Source of the DNA: an uncultured Gammaproteobacteria bacterium
Lineage (GTDB): Bacteria > Patescibacteriota > Microgenomatia > UBA8517
Length of the DNA: 64,000 nucleotides
Reading direction: 5' to 3'
Assembly: GCA_964600575.1 (NCBI GenBank)
Contig: CAZRJH010000002.1
Coordinates: forward strand, 124,298 to 188,297
Notes under the pieces: generated by a model
What the model was told of the DNA's origin: nothing
Databases searched by the model: none
The model's input: only the letters and a program-made list of their open reading frames with translations
Part shown: one piece after another, positions 19,956-28,583 of the stretch
Numbering within the stretch: position 1 is the first letter of the stretch
Layout: every line of letters starts with the position of its first letter
Translations under genes and position numbers: made by a program

Positions 19956-20894
19956 TGATGGCGGGCTTGCATCTTCACCGTTTTGGTCTACCACCTTGGC
20001 ATATTGTCCTGAAACCCAACCCGTTATCCCGTTGGGCAGCCCGGGTTTTGGATCATCATATTGAATCTTTAACCAGCCGCTGGCGTCATCTTTCTGTAAA
20101 AACGGATATTTACTTCCAGGTTTAACTTCTGCTATTTCATCTCCATCCGACCCGGGAGCTGTTCTTACCCTTAAAAAACCTGTTGGGGTTTTTAAAACTT
20201 CTACAAAAAGACCCGAAGATGGTGTTGGCGTGGGAACTGCCTCAGTAAGCGGCTCGCTCGATTTGGAAAGTTTGGCGTAAACAGTAAGTCTTAAACCGTC
20301 AGCAACATTTAGTGTTATAGACCGATCCGTATACCCCGGTGATTTTATTGTTATCAAATGAGCCGCGGGTGAAATAACCGAGTTTTTATACGGAGAGAAC
20401 CCTCTCGGTACACCATCTAGGGATATTTGGGCATTGTCAGGTGTAGTAACCACAACCAAACTCGTCTCACCTGTGGAAATTTTGTCATAAGAAATGATGT
20501 CCCCGGCAGAAGATTCTTCCGATTCTCCAAATTCTCTTCTTACAAGGGTTTCTATTCCGGTAACTAAGTTTATTTTTGTTTCGAAGGGTTGCAATTTAGA
20601 GTTACCCTCAGGAACCAGTTTTATTGTTATTTCACCTTCATCGTGAGAGATCTTAAGCGGAGTTCTACCTAAAAAAGCACCGTTTACATAAACACTGGAT
20701 TCAGGGCTAGTTTTGACATTCAATCCGGCGGGCTTGGGTTTTGTGATACCCAACACAAAAAACAATGTCCCAACCAGAAAGAGTATCGAAAAAAGTAAAA
20801 TTAACCAGGTTTTCAGATTCTTCATACGCCCGAGTTTATCAAAGCCAATGGGGTCTTGACAACCAAAAGTTAATAAAATATTATAAATTAGCAC
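19944..20894 (-). CDS. Membrane-anchored PEGA-domain protein
   Basis: N-terminal TM. A PEGA-like stretch VYVNGAFLGRTPLK is followed by beta-rich repeats. Confidence 0.5.
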   Translation of the reverse strand: MLIYNILLTFGCQDPIGFDKLGRMKNLKTWLILLFSILFLVGTLFFVLGITKPKPAGLNVKTSPESSVYVNGAFLGRTPLKISHDEGEITIKLVPEGNSKLQPFETKINLVTGIETLVRREFGESEESSAGDIISYDKISTGETSLVVVTTPDNAQISLDGVPRGFSPYKNSVISPAAHLITIKSPGYTDRSITLNVADGLRLTVYAKLSKSSEPLTEAVPTPTPSSGLFVEVLKTPTGFLRVRTAPGSDGDEIAEVKPGSKYPFLQKDDASGWLKIQYDDPKPGLPNGITGWVSGQYAKVVDQNGEDASPPSSNP

Positions 20895-20914
20895 TCAGTT
20901 AGTATGAGTGCCAG
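20888..20914. promoter_or_regulatory. CIRCE-like inverted repeat (HrcA operator) upstream of hsp20
   Basis: TTAGCACTC-N9-GAGTGCCAG compared with the consensus TTAGCACTC-N9-GAGTGCTAA. It sits directly before SD AAGGAGGTGA and ATG 20932. Confidence 0.55.
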
Positions 20915-20931
20915 AAAGGAGGTGAGAAAAT

Positions 20932-21330
20932 ATGTCTATAGTAAGATTTGACCCAGCAAGAAACATTTTTTCCTTGCCTAGATGGGCAGAGGAGGATGAC
21001 GGCTTCTTTGGAACACAAAGAGGTCTAAAAATCCACGAGACAGAAAAAAGTCTTGTTGTAGAAGCTGTAGTTGCAGGTGTTCCCGCAGACAATGTTGAGG
21101 TAAACATAGAAGACGGAGTCCTAACAATCAAGGCTGAGTCTGTCAAAGCGGAAAAGGCTAAAGATGAAATTAGGTCATCTAGCTATCAATACTACTACAC
21201 TGCCGCGCTAAGTGGCGGTGAATGGCAAAAAACAGAAGCCGAGGTTAAACACGGGGTAGTGTTTGTAACAATACCCAAAGCGGAAGCGGCAAAACCTAAA
21301 AAGGTTACTGTTAAAGCCACGGGGAAATAA
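20932..21330 (+). CDS. Small heat-shock protein, Hsp20/alpha-crystallin family
   Basis: 132 aa with a strong SD. The alpha-crystallin domain pattern is present (RGLKIHETEKSLVVEAVVAGV...LTIKAE). Confidence 0.85.
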   Translation: MSIVRFDPARNIFSLPRWAEEDDGFFGTQRGLKIHETEKSLVVEAVVAGVPADNVEVNIEDGVLTIKAESVKAEKAKDEIRSSSYQYYYTAALSGGEWQKTEAEVKHGVVFVTIPKAEAAKPKKVTVKATGK

Positions 21331-21399
21331 TAAACTCGCGCATGATTTATGCCTAAATAGTTTTGTAATGAGTAAGGTAATAGGCTAAAATAGTGTTTC

Positions 21400-21472
21400 C
21401 GGCCAGATGGCGAAGTGGAAACGCTGCGGTCTGCAAAACCGCCATGCGCGGGTTCGATTCCCGCTCTGGCCT
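21400..21472 (+). tRNA. tRNA-Cys (anticodon GCA)
   Basis: Acceptor stem GGCCAGA/TCTGGCC. The anticodon loop is CTGCAAA and the T-loop is GGTTCGATTCC. CCA is not encoded. Confidence 0.8.
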
Positions 21473-21531
21473 CTCGTAAACTCGAGTCCGAGTCGTAATC
21501 GATAATGCTTTAAAAGGACTTTGTTGCATGG

Positions 21532-21550
21532 CGATTCCCGCTCTGGCCTC
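21532..21550 (+). repeat. 19-bp exact direct repeat of the tRNA-Cys 3' end (CGATTCCCGCTCTGGCCTC), 58 bp downstream of the tRNA
   Basis: Read directly from the sequence; the first copy is at 21455-21473. Confidence 0.6.
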
Positions 21551-21587
21551 AAATAATGTAATTAGTGATACAATAAAATAAACTTCA

Positions 21588-22394
21588 ATGAAAAAATATT
21601 TAATATTAATTTTGGTCATAGGTTGCCTTGTGTTCGCTTCAAAAATCAATGCACAATCACTCCCTTTTGAACGCGCATACCAGGATTATCAATACAATAG
21701 AACTATCTATGATCAGTCATACACCGACTACCAAAACACAAAAAACGCCTACGCAGTTAATCCGACTTTGAATCTTAAAGATGAAGCTAAACAAAAAGCT
21801 TTAGCGATGCTTAGAAACAGAGATCAGCTGACGGTTGTTTATTTAACCGCGCTTAGGGCAAATCTTTCCGAACAACCCGGCCTTGAAGGTCCTGTAAGGG
21901 ATAACATTTACACCAAGTTGGACGGTGAAGTAGCTTGGTATTCTAACCACAAAACAAATTACAAAGAAGAAGATTCTATTGAAGTATTATTTACAAAAAA
22001 TGATGAGGTTAAGGCTAGATATAATTCAAAAACAATACTAATAATCGACGAGTCGTTATTTGATATAACTTTAGGTCAAGAAAAAACTTTACGACAACAA
22101 CACGAACAGGTTTATGCCACATTAAGAGGACTTATAGACCAAGGAGTGGCTGCAGGTAAACTAACCCTTAACCCGTTCAACCACTGGCTAACAGACATTG
22201 ACGCCACCATTAAAACACTAAAGGCCAACGAAGAAAAGGGTTTGGCACAAATCCAAGTAATTTACACACAAACATATTCTCCCGATAGTGATTTTGACAC
22301 CGCAATGCAAACACTGTCTCAATCGGTTAAGCCTTTGTCTCAATTCAATCAATTTTTAACGGAAATATCCGCATATATTCAAAACCAACAATGA
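21588..22394 (+). CDS. Secreted hypothetical protein
   Basis: The signal peptide is MKKYLILILVIGCLVFASKINAQ. The rest is a 268-aa hydrophilic body. Confidence 0.55.
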   Translation: MKKYLILILVIGCLVFASKINAQSLPFERAYQDYQYNRTIYDQSYTDYQNTKNAYAVNPTLNLKDEAKQKALAMLRNRDQLTVVYLTALRANLSEQPGLEGPVRDNIYTKLDGEVAWYSNHKTNYKEEDSIEVLFTKNDEVKARYNSKTILIIDESLFDITLGQEKTLRQQHEQVYATLRGLIDQGVAAGKLTLNPFNHWLTDIDATIKTLKANEEKGLAQIQVIYTQTYSPDSDFDTAMQTLSQSVKPLSQFNQFLTEISAYIQNQQ

Positions 22395-22858
22395 ACCCAA
22401 ATCAGCCAGACCAACACAACGAGCCGCAAACGCCAATCCAACCTCAAGTTGGTTCAAATGCGTTGAACAATACCCCCGCACCAAAAAGTTCAATAAAAAT
22501 CCCCGGTAAGGAATTTATTACTAACCTTGTTGCTAAGTTGCCTACCCCCTTACAGGATGTTTTATACAAGTTCTACGCCAACAAAATGATCTTTTGGACT
22601 ATCACAATATTGTTTGGCCTTATGTTTGTTATTATTATTCTTGGTGTATTGTTTGGTTCGGCAGGCACTCCACAGCCAGTTAAAACAGCACCTAAGCCTA
22701 CTCCATATTTAAATACTCAACCCACGGCTTCTCCTAGCGGAAATGTTTTACAACAAACACAGTTCCAACTTTCTGCGTTAAAAGACAAGATAAATGCCCT
22801 AGATGTTAGACAAAGTCCGCTTAAACCACCTCCTTTTAACTTTGACATCAAGTTCTAA
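22391..22858 (+). CDS. Pro/Gln-rich bitopic membrane protein (hypothetical)
   Basis: The start overlaps the upstream stop. A central TM (IFWTITILFGLMFVIIILGVLF) is flanked by P/Q/T-rich segments. A terminator hairpin follows. Confidence 0.5.
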   Translation: MNPNQPDQHNEPQTPIQPQVGSNALNNTPAPKSSIKIPGKEFITNLVAKLPTPLQDVLYKFYANKMIFWTITILFGLMFVIIILGVLFGSAGTPQPVKTAPKPTPYLNTQPTASPSGNVLQQTQFQLSALKDKINALDVRQSPLKPPPFNFDIKF

Positions 22859-22965
22859 GTAGCCTCATAAAACTTGACTTTGAGGCTTTTCATACTATAA
22901 AATTGCGTCTTCCCGCGTTCTGCGGGATTTTTTGTGAGCTCGGCACGGGCAAAATCGTGCCCAAG

Positions 22966-23640
22966 ATGAAAAAATTAAGCTTAGAGCTGCCCAAGTACCG
23001 CCTTCAGGTACACCTCAAGTTAGTTCGAAGGCGTAAACCTCTAGTGGAAGAACCGATTTTACCCAGCCTCGGAACAGTTAAGAAAAAATACAAATCAGGC
23101 AGCCTCATCGGTAGATATTTCAGGCACGTTTTTGAACACAAAAACATACGCAAGGTTTTTGGCGGTGGTTTAGCCTTATTTATCGTCGGCTCATCTTTTA
23201 TCCCCCAAACCTCGGTTATAGCTCAAGAACCAGAAGAAGAAGTAATTGTTCAGGCGCAAACCAGCCTGATTACCGAAAAAAGTCTTCAAAATCCGCTTTC
23301 TTACATGAAAGTTAACCAAAATTATAGCTACTTTCACCCAGGTCTCGATCTTGGTGGTCCTGTAGGGCTGCCTATAAAGTCGGTTAAACCGGGAAAGGTT
23401 GTATTTGCCGGCTACTCAACAGATGGATACGGGAATAATGTAGTTATAAATCACGGAGACGGCCTGATTTCACTTTATGCGCATATGTCCAAAATTGATG
23501 TCAAAGACGGCCAGGAGATTGCCATGAACACTCAAATTGGCCTTGTAGGAAAAACAGGACGTGCCACAGGGCCGCATTTACATCTGGAAATAAGATTAGA
23601 GGGCAGAAACATTAATCCTCAGACTTTTTTGAATCGTTAA
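22966..23640 (+). CDS. M23-family (LytM-like) peptidoglycan metalloendopeptidase
   Basis: HPGLDLGG...NHGDGLISLYAHM...GPHLHLE contains the HxxxD / HxH zinc ligands of M23. An N-terminal TM is present. Confidence 0.8.
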   Translation: MKKLSLELPKYRLQVHLKLVRRRKPLVEEPILPSLGTVKKKYKSGSLIGRYFRHVFEHKNIRKVFGGGLALFIVGSSFIPQTSVIAQEPEEEVIVQAQTSLITEKSLQNPLSYMKVNQNYSYFHPGLDLGGPVGLPIKSVKPGKVVFAGYSTDGYGNNVVINHGDGLISLYAHMSKIDVKDGQEIAMNTQIGLVGKTGRATGPHLHLEIRLEGRNINPQTFLNR

Positions 23641-24224
23641 TCCAAACTTCGCCATAAGTACCAGCAAGCCACGGTTCTGAACGGCTGCCAACGTTTGGAA
23701 AACTCCAACATATCTTTAGACTTTAGTGTCTTACCTGTTACTTTTTCGAATCCTTTTCTGATCCCAAGATCGTCCGTTGGGAAAATATCGACTCTCCCCA
23801 GAGAAAACATTAAAAACATCTGGGCTGTCCATAGACCAATTCCTTTAACCGCCACCATTTCTTTAATTACTTCCTCATCTGACAATTTGTCCAGCTTTTT
23901 GGTCTGAAGCTCGCCCGACTTTGTTTTTTCTGCTAAGTCTTTTACAAAAGACACCTTTCCCCAACTCATACCGGCGTTTCTTAGGTCTTGAGGGTCTGTT
24001 TTTAATATAGCCTCGGGTGTAACCTCTCCGCCAACTGCCAGCTTAAACCTGGAAAATATAGTGTCCGCAGCTTTACCTGATAACTGTTGTCCTACGATAT
24101 TAGAACAAATATCTTCGAAGTAGTCACTGTGTTTGCTTATTTTAATAGCACAACTTCCCCATTTTTTAACTAAAGGCGCTATATATTTATCTTTTTGAAG
24201 AAAATTTTCCGCTTCTTGCCACAT
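23637..24224 (-). CDS. HhH-GPD DNA glycosylase (AlkA/3-methyladenine glycosylase II-like)
   Basis: The HhH motif VKGIGLWTAQMF is followed by a Gly/Pro...Asp loop (FPTDDLGIRKG). Confidence 0.75.
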   Translation of the reverse strand: MWQEAENFLQKDKYIAPLVKKWGSCAIKISKHSDYFEDICSNIVGQQLSGKAADTIFSRFKLAVGGEVTPEAILKTDPQDLRNAGMSWGKVSFVKDLAEKTKSGELQTKKLDKLSDEEVIKEMVAVKGIGLWTAQMFLMFSLGRVDIFPTDDLGIRKGFEKVTGKTLKSKDMLEFSKRWQPFRTVACWYLWRSLD

Positions 24225-24281
24225 ACTGTGGTTTATTTTGTCGTATGTGTGCCAAAAGGCATTATATACGAAGTAAACTTC

Positions 24282-25910
24282 TTAATAATCCATTCCACCC
24301 ATTCCACCTGGCGGCATACCGGGTTCTTTCTTTTCTTCCGGAATATCTGTTACAAGTCCTTCGGTGGTAAGAACCATCATTGCAACGCTTGCAGCATTTT
24401 GAAGAGCGCTCCTGGTAACTTTAACGGGGTCAATAATTCCAAACTTAGTCATTGATCCAAAGTTGCCGTTCATTGCGTTGTAGCCAAAATCAGAGTCTTT
24501 TGATTCGGATACTTTCTTTAAAACATCATCGTCGTTGTCTCCCGCATTTTTTGCCAACCATCTAATAGGTTCTTCGAGAGCGTCAAATACTATATCTACT
24601 CCAACCTGTTCGTCACCTTTTTCTACTTTAAGTCCTTTTAGAACTGTTCTAGCTCTAAGAAGTGCTGTTTCTCCTCCGGGTACTATTCCTTCTTCTACAG
24701 CGGCTTTTGTTGCACCAACTGCATCTTTAACTCTTTCTTTTTTGTCGTTAAGCTCAACTTCTGTTGCTGCGCCTACATTGATCTGAGCAACGCCGCCAGA
24801 AAGTTTTGCCAATCTTTCTTCCAGTTTTTCCCTATCAAAGTCTGAATCTACTGCTGCAATTTGTTTTTTGATTGAGGCAATTCTAGCCTCTATTACACCT
24901 TTATCACCTTTGCCGCCAATTATTCTTGTGTTGTCTTTATCTGCCCAAACTTTGTCTGCTCTTCCAAGGTCTGTAACTTCTATTGACTCAAAATTGCGAC
25001 CCGTGTCTTCGGAAATAACTGTTCCGCCTGTAAGTGCCGCAATATCCTCCAACATCTCTTTTCTTCTGTCACCAAAGCCGGGTGCTTTTATTGCCAAAAC
25101 ATTGAAAGTGCCTCTGAGTTTATTTAAAACTAAAGTTGCCAAAGCTTCACCTTCTATTTCGTCTGCCAAGATAACAAGGCTTTTACTAACCTTTACAAAC
25201 TTCTCCAAAAAAGGAAGAAGGTCCTGAATTGATGTTATCTTTTTGTCTGTAATCAATATGTACGGGTTTTCTATCTCGGATTCCATTTTGTCGGGATTTG
25301 TAACCATATAGGCAGATGCATAACCTCTGTCAAATTCCATTCCTTCTTTGTATTCGATATCGATTGTTAAGCCTTTGCCTTCTTCTACAGTAACGACACC
25401 GTCTCTGCCAACTTTATTAAGGGCTTCTGCGATTTTTTCTCCGATCGATTCTTCCCCTGCAGAGATAGTGGCTACTTGGGTAATTTCGTCTTCACCTTTT
25501 ATTGGTTTGGCCATTTTCTTAAGCTCCAAAACTACCGCTTCAACAGCTTTTTCCATTCCTTTTTTAATAATCATAGGATTCGAACCTGCATCCACCTTTT
25601 TCATTCCTTTTGAAGTAAGAACTTGAGCCAAGAGGGTCGAGGTCGTTGTGCCGTCACCGGCATTATCGTTAGTTTTGTTAGCTGCTTCTTTAACCAATTG
25701 AGCACCCATATTTTGAAACGGATCCGGTAGGTCTATTTCTTTAGCAACCGACACGCCGTCATGAACAATACTTGGTGCTCCCCATTTTTTATCAAGTGCA
25801 ATATTTCTTCCTTTTGGACCAAGTGTAGTAACAACAGCTTTGGCAACGGTATCAATTCCCGTCATCAAAGCTTCCCGTGCATCTTTTCCGAATTTAAGTT
25901 GTTTTGCCAT
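24282..25910 (-). CDS. groL: Chaperonin GroEL
   Basis: The sequence begins [15 protein letters not shown], contains the GDGTTT ATP motif, and ends with a GGM tail (GGMGGMDY). Confidence 0.97.
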   Translation of the reverse strand: MAKQLKFGKDAREALMTGIDTVAKAVVTTLGPKGRNIALDKKWGAPSIVHDGVSVAKEIDLPDPFQNMGAQLVKEAANKTNDNAGDGTTTSTLLAQVLTSKGMKKVDAGSNPMIIKKGMEKAVEAVVLELKKMAKPIKGEDEITQVATISAGEESIGEKIAEALNKVGRDGVVTVEEGKGLTIDIEYKEGMEFDRGYASAYMVTNPDKMESEIENPYILITDKKITSIQDLLPFLEKFVKVSKSLVILADEIEGEALATLVLNKLRGTFNVLAIKAPGFGDRRKEMLEDIAALTGGTVISEDTGRNFESIEVTDLGRADKVWADKDNTRIIGGKGDKGVIEARIASIKKQIAAVDSDFDREKLEERLAKLSGGVAQINVGAATEVELNDKKERVKDAVGATKAAVEEGIVPGGETALLRARTVLKGLKVEKGDEQVGVDIVFDALEEPIRWLAKNAGDNDDDVLKKVSESKDSDFGYNAMNGNFGSMTKFGIIDPVKVTRSALQNAASVAMMVLTTEGLVTDIPEEKKEPGMPPGGMGGMDY

Positions 25911-25912
25911 AT

Positions 25913-26206
25913 TTATGATTCTACTGCCATTACATCTTCAAATTTAACAAACAAGTATTCTTTACCCTCTATCTTAATTTCATTGCCTCCCCATTTTTTG
26001 TAAAAGACGACTTCGTTAACTTTTGCAGGAGACTCAATTTTTTGGCCATCTTGATAAGAAACAGGGCCAGAAGCCAACACTTTTCCCTTTTGCGGTTTTT
26101 CTGTGGAAGTGTCCGGAAGATAAATACCCGATGCCGTTTTTGTTGCAGCCTCAACGGGTTCAATTAGTAAATATCCAGCTGTCGGTCTTAAATTTAATTT
26201 TGCCAT
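25913..26206 (-). CDS. groS: Co-chaperonin GroES
   Basis: 97 aa with the mobile loop motif. It lies immediately upstream of groEL. Confidence 0.95.
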   Translation of the reverse strand: MAKLNLRPTAGYLLIEPVEAATKTASGIYLPDTSTEKPQKGKVLASGPVSYQDGQKIESPAKVNEVVFYKKWGGNEIKIEGKEYLFVKFEDVMAVES

Positions 26207-26228
26207 AAAACTTGTTATTAACTTTTAC

Positions 26229-26255
26229 TTAGCATTCAAAATAACTGAGTGCTAT
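26229..26255. promoter_or_regulatory. CIRCE element (HrcA operator) upstream of groES
   Basis: TTAGCATTC-N9-GAGTGCTAT, 23 nt upstream of the groES start. Confidence 0.7.
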
Positions 26256-26278
26256 TTTATTAATTGAAAACACCACTG

Positions 26279-27133
26279 TCAAGAGGAAAGCCTTGTTTCT
26301 ACAAACTTTCCCCAATCCTGAGGATGAAATAATGCTATGTCACTTTTAACAACTTCCCTGGTTATTTTTTTAGCCATATGTCTAAACTGAGCTTTAAAAA
26401 GAAAGTTTTCTAACCATGCGGATAATTTATTATTCTTTGTTTTAATACTCGAGTCATTTATTTTTTTAATTTTCACCGAATTTGGCCAAAAATTAAGCAC
26501 CCACTTATTTTGATATAAAAACTTTTCGTAAGTTTTGTTTCTCGAGAACAAAGGTTTAATTTGTGCTATTTCATGAGCCGTATAAAAATTCTTGGAATAT
26601 TTCCAGTTCATATTATTTTCGGTCAACCACATGTTTAGACATATCTTATCCTTCTGATCGGAGTCTCCCGAATGCCTTATTTTAATTCCCAATAATGGCA
26701 GTATCAAAAGTGAAGCGGCTCTTGTGGTCCAAAGACTTTCGTTTTTGGTGATAATCAAAAAATCGATATCTCCATCCTCTGTGGCGTTATCCATGGCAAG
26801 TGAACCCGTTAGGCCTATCATTCTAACCCCGGGCATCTTGGAAAGAATCAGAGCTGCTTTTTTTGCAAGCTTTACTTTTTTAACAGATATTCTCTTTCTT
26901 AAGCTTTTTTTATAAACCAAACCTTCTTTGCCGTTAATAAAAACATGTCCGTTTCTAACCAATATTTCCTTTTCGACAACGGGAGAGCTTTCCACAGCTC
27001 GCCATCTTATGAGGTCTGCAAAATCCAGAGGATAATCAAAAACATCGTGATACAACACCGAAAGTTTTTCGCCGTTTGTGAGTTTTTCGCTTGTGACTCC
27101 ACCCTTAACGTTTAATGAGTATAAATTTAACAT
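26279..27133 (-). CDS. Pol-beta-superfamily nucleotidyltransferase domain protein
   Basis: MIGLTGSLAMDNATEDGDIDFLIITK matches the GS...D.D nucleotidyltransferase motif. Confidence 0.55.
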   Translation of the reverse strand: MLNLYSLNVKGGVTSEKLTNGEKLSVLYHDVFDYPLDFADLIRWRAVESSPVVEKEILVRNGHVFINGKEGLVYKKSLRKRISVKKVKLAKKAALILSKMPGVRMIGLTGSLAMDNATEDGDIDFLIITKNESLWTTRAASLLILPLLGIKIRHSGDSDQKDKICLNMWLTENNMNWKYSKNFYTAHEIAQIKPLFSRNKTYEKFLYQNKWVLNFWPNSVKIKKINDSSIKTKNNKLSAWLENFLFKAQFRHMAKKITREVVKSDIALFHPQDWGKFVETRLSS

Positions 27134-27134
27134 T

Positions 27135-28538
27135 TTACTTGGCTATCAATCTGTATTGAGCCAAGACTTGCTGCACACCGGCAGCAACAGTTTCCATGGC
27201 TTTGTCTGCTGTATCTTTGTTGTCAACTACTGTGTTTATAGCATCCCCAAAATAGTTAGAGAGTTGTGTATTAATACCCGTAGGGCCATCAAATGTTCGA
27301 GAGGCCAAATACCAGCTTTGTGCGCCAGGGGCTTGAGTAATAATAGACCCCAAGATAGGATGATCTTTCAAAAGACCGTTCATATCAGGCCTTGGGTACG
27401 GTTCTCCAAAAGTCCTGAGTTTTGTGGCATTTGTATAAAACTTCTGGAGATTGTCTTGAGATGTCATAAAGTTTAGAAAGTCCCAGGCGGCGGCTTTTTT
27501 AGAGCTTTTGGACCAAACACCTTCTGCCCAATATGTTGCGTACGTAATGTCCGGCTGATTGGGACTGTCTTTTGGTAGTTGCGGAATGGGAACCGTTTTG
27601 AACTTAAGGCTAGGGTTTTGTAGAGAGATTTCAAACGATCTCCAAGAAGGGCCAATATACATTGCCAACTTTCCTGATGCAAAAGCTTGAGTAGAAGTAG
27701 GCAAGGTCGGGTCCCAGACTCCGTCTAGCGTGGTAAATACTGTAAAGAAAGTTAACGCATCTTCGGCTTGTTTACCAACAGGATTAGAAAGATCAACTCC
27801 ATTTTGAAGCATTAAAAGGGCGAGTATTTCCGGCCAATGATCAACATTTTCTGTTCGTCCTAATGCTGCACCTGACTGAGTTATATTGTTTTGGTCGTCT
27901 TTAACAGTAAGTTCCCTTGCTAGTGTTCTAAGCTCATCCCATGTAGTAGGTGCGGTTTTGCCGGATTTATTGAATATATCCTCGTTAATATAAAGAGTTA
28001 AACCATCGTATTCTAAAGGTAAACCCACAATACCTGTTCCACTGGTTAAATCTGCCGAGGCTATCGGGTAAAAATTCTTTGCAAAGTCTGCGGCGTTCAT
28101 AACACTTGAGGGTAAGGTGTCCAGATCGTTTCTAAACATAGGCACCCAAGTATTGTGGAATCTAAAGATATCAGGACCGCTACCTTTTGCCATAGCGTTG
28201 GTTAGTCTTTCCCGATAGTCCTGAGGGGACTGGCGTATGTATGTAATTTTTACATTTGGATGAGAAGATTCGTAAGTCGAGATTAAGGACGAAACAATAG
28301 ACTCATCTTCCCACAATCCCCACCAAGTTAAATTGGCAGTAGAGCTTTTACCTTTTGATGTAAAAAGTTTAGCAACCAATAAAATAATCACAAGAACGAC
28401 GACTCCTATACCCACAAAAATCAATGCCTTTGGAAATGACTTTTTGGGGGGCGGGGGTGAAACAACAGGGGCAGCTGCGGGTTGTTGAACAACTCCTGGA
28501 GTAACCTGAGGTTGAGCTTGGGAATTATCTTGCGGCAT
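27135..28538 (-). CDS. Extracellular solute-binding protein (ABC transporter family-1 SBP), membrane-anchored via a Pro-rich N-terminus
   Basis: 467 aa. The N-terminus is P/Q/V-rich with a TM. The body has an SBP_bac_1-like pattern (LTWWGLWEDES..., GPDIFRFHNTW). No permease gene is adjacent. Confidence 0.6.
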   Translation of the reverse strand: MPQDNSQAQPQVTPGVVQQPAAAPVVSPPPPKKSFPKALIFVGIGVVVLVIILLVAKLFTSKGKSSTANLTWWGLWEDESIVSSLISTYESSHPNVKITYIRQSPQDYRERLTNAMAKGSGPDIFRFHNTWVPMFRNDLDTLPSSVMNAADFAKNFYPIASADLTSGTGIVGLPLEYDGLTLYINEDIFNKSGKTAPTTWDELRTLARELTVKDDQNNITQSGAALGRTENVDHWPEILALLMLQNGVDLSNPVGKQAEDALTFFTVFTTLDGVWDPTLPTSTQAFASGKLAMYIGPSWRSFEISLQNPSLKFKTVPIPQLPKDSPNQPDITYATYWAEGVWSKSSKKAAAWDFLNFMTSQDNLQKFYTNATKLRTFGEPYPRPDMNGLLKDHPILGSIITQAPGAQSWYLASRTFDGPTGINTQLSNYFGDAINTVVDNKDTADKAMETVAAGVQQVLAQYRLIAK

Positions 28539-28583
28539 ATCAATATTTGGCCATAAGCCCTATCTAAATGGTATCATATCGGC

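Noticed and set aside
21353-21649. 98-aa minus-strand ORF
   Set aside because: It overlaps the tRNA-Cys gene and its flanking repeat. The tRNA structure on the plus strand is canonical, so the ORF is spurious.
24535-25626. Several 80-120-aa plus-strand ORFs (24535, 24868, 25348)
   Set aside because: They lie antisense inside groEL and have low-complexity Ser/Thr/Ala-rich translations typical of antisense frames.
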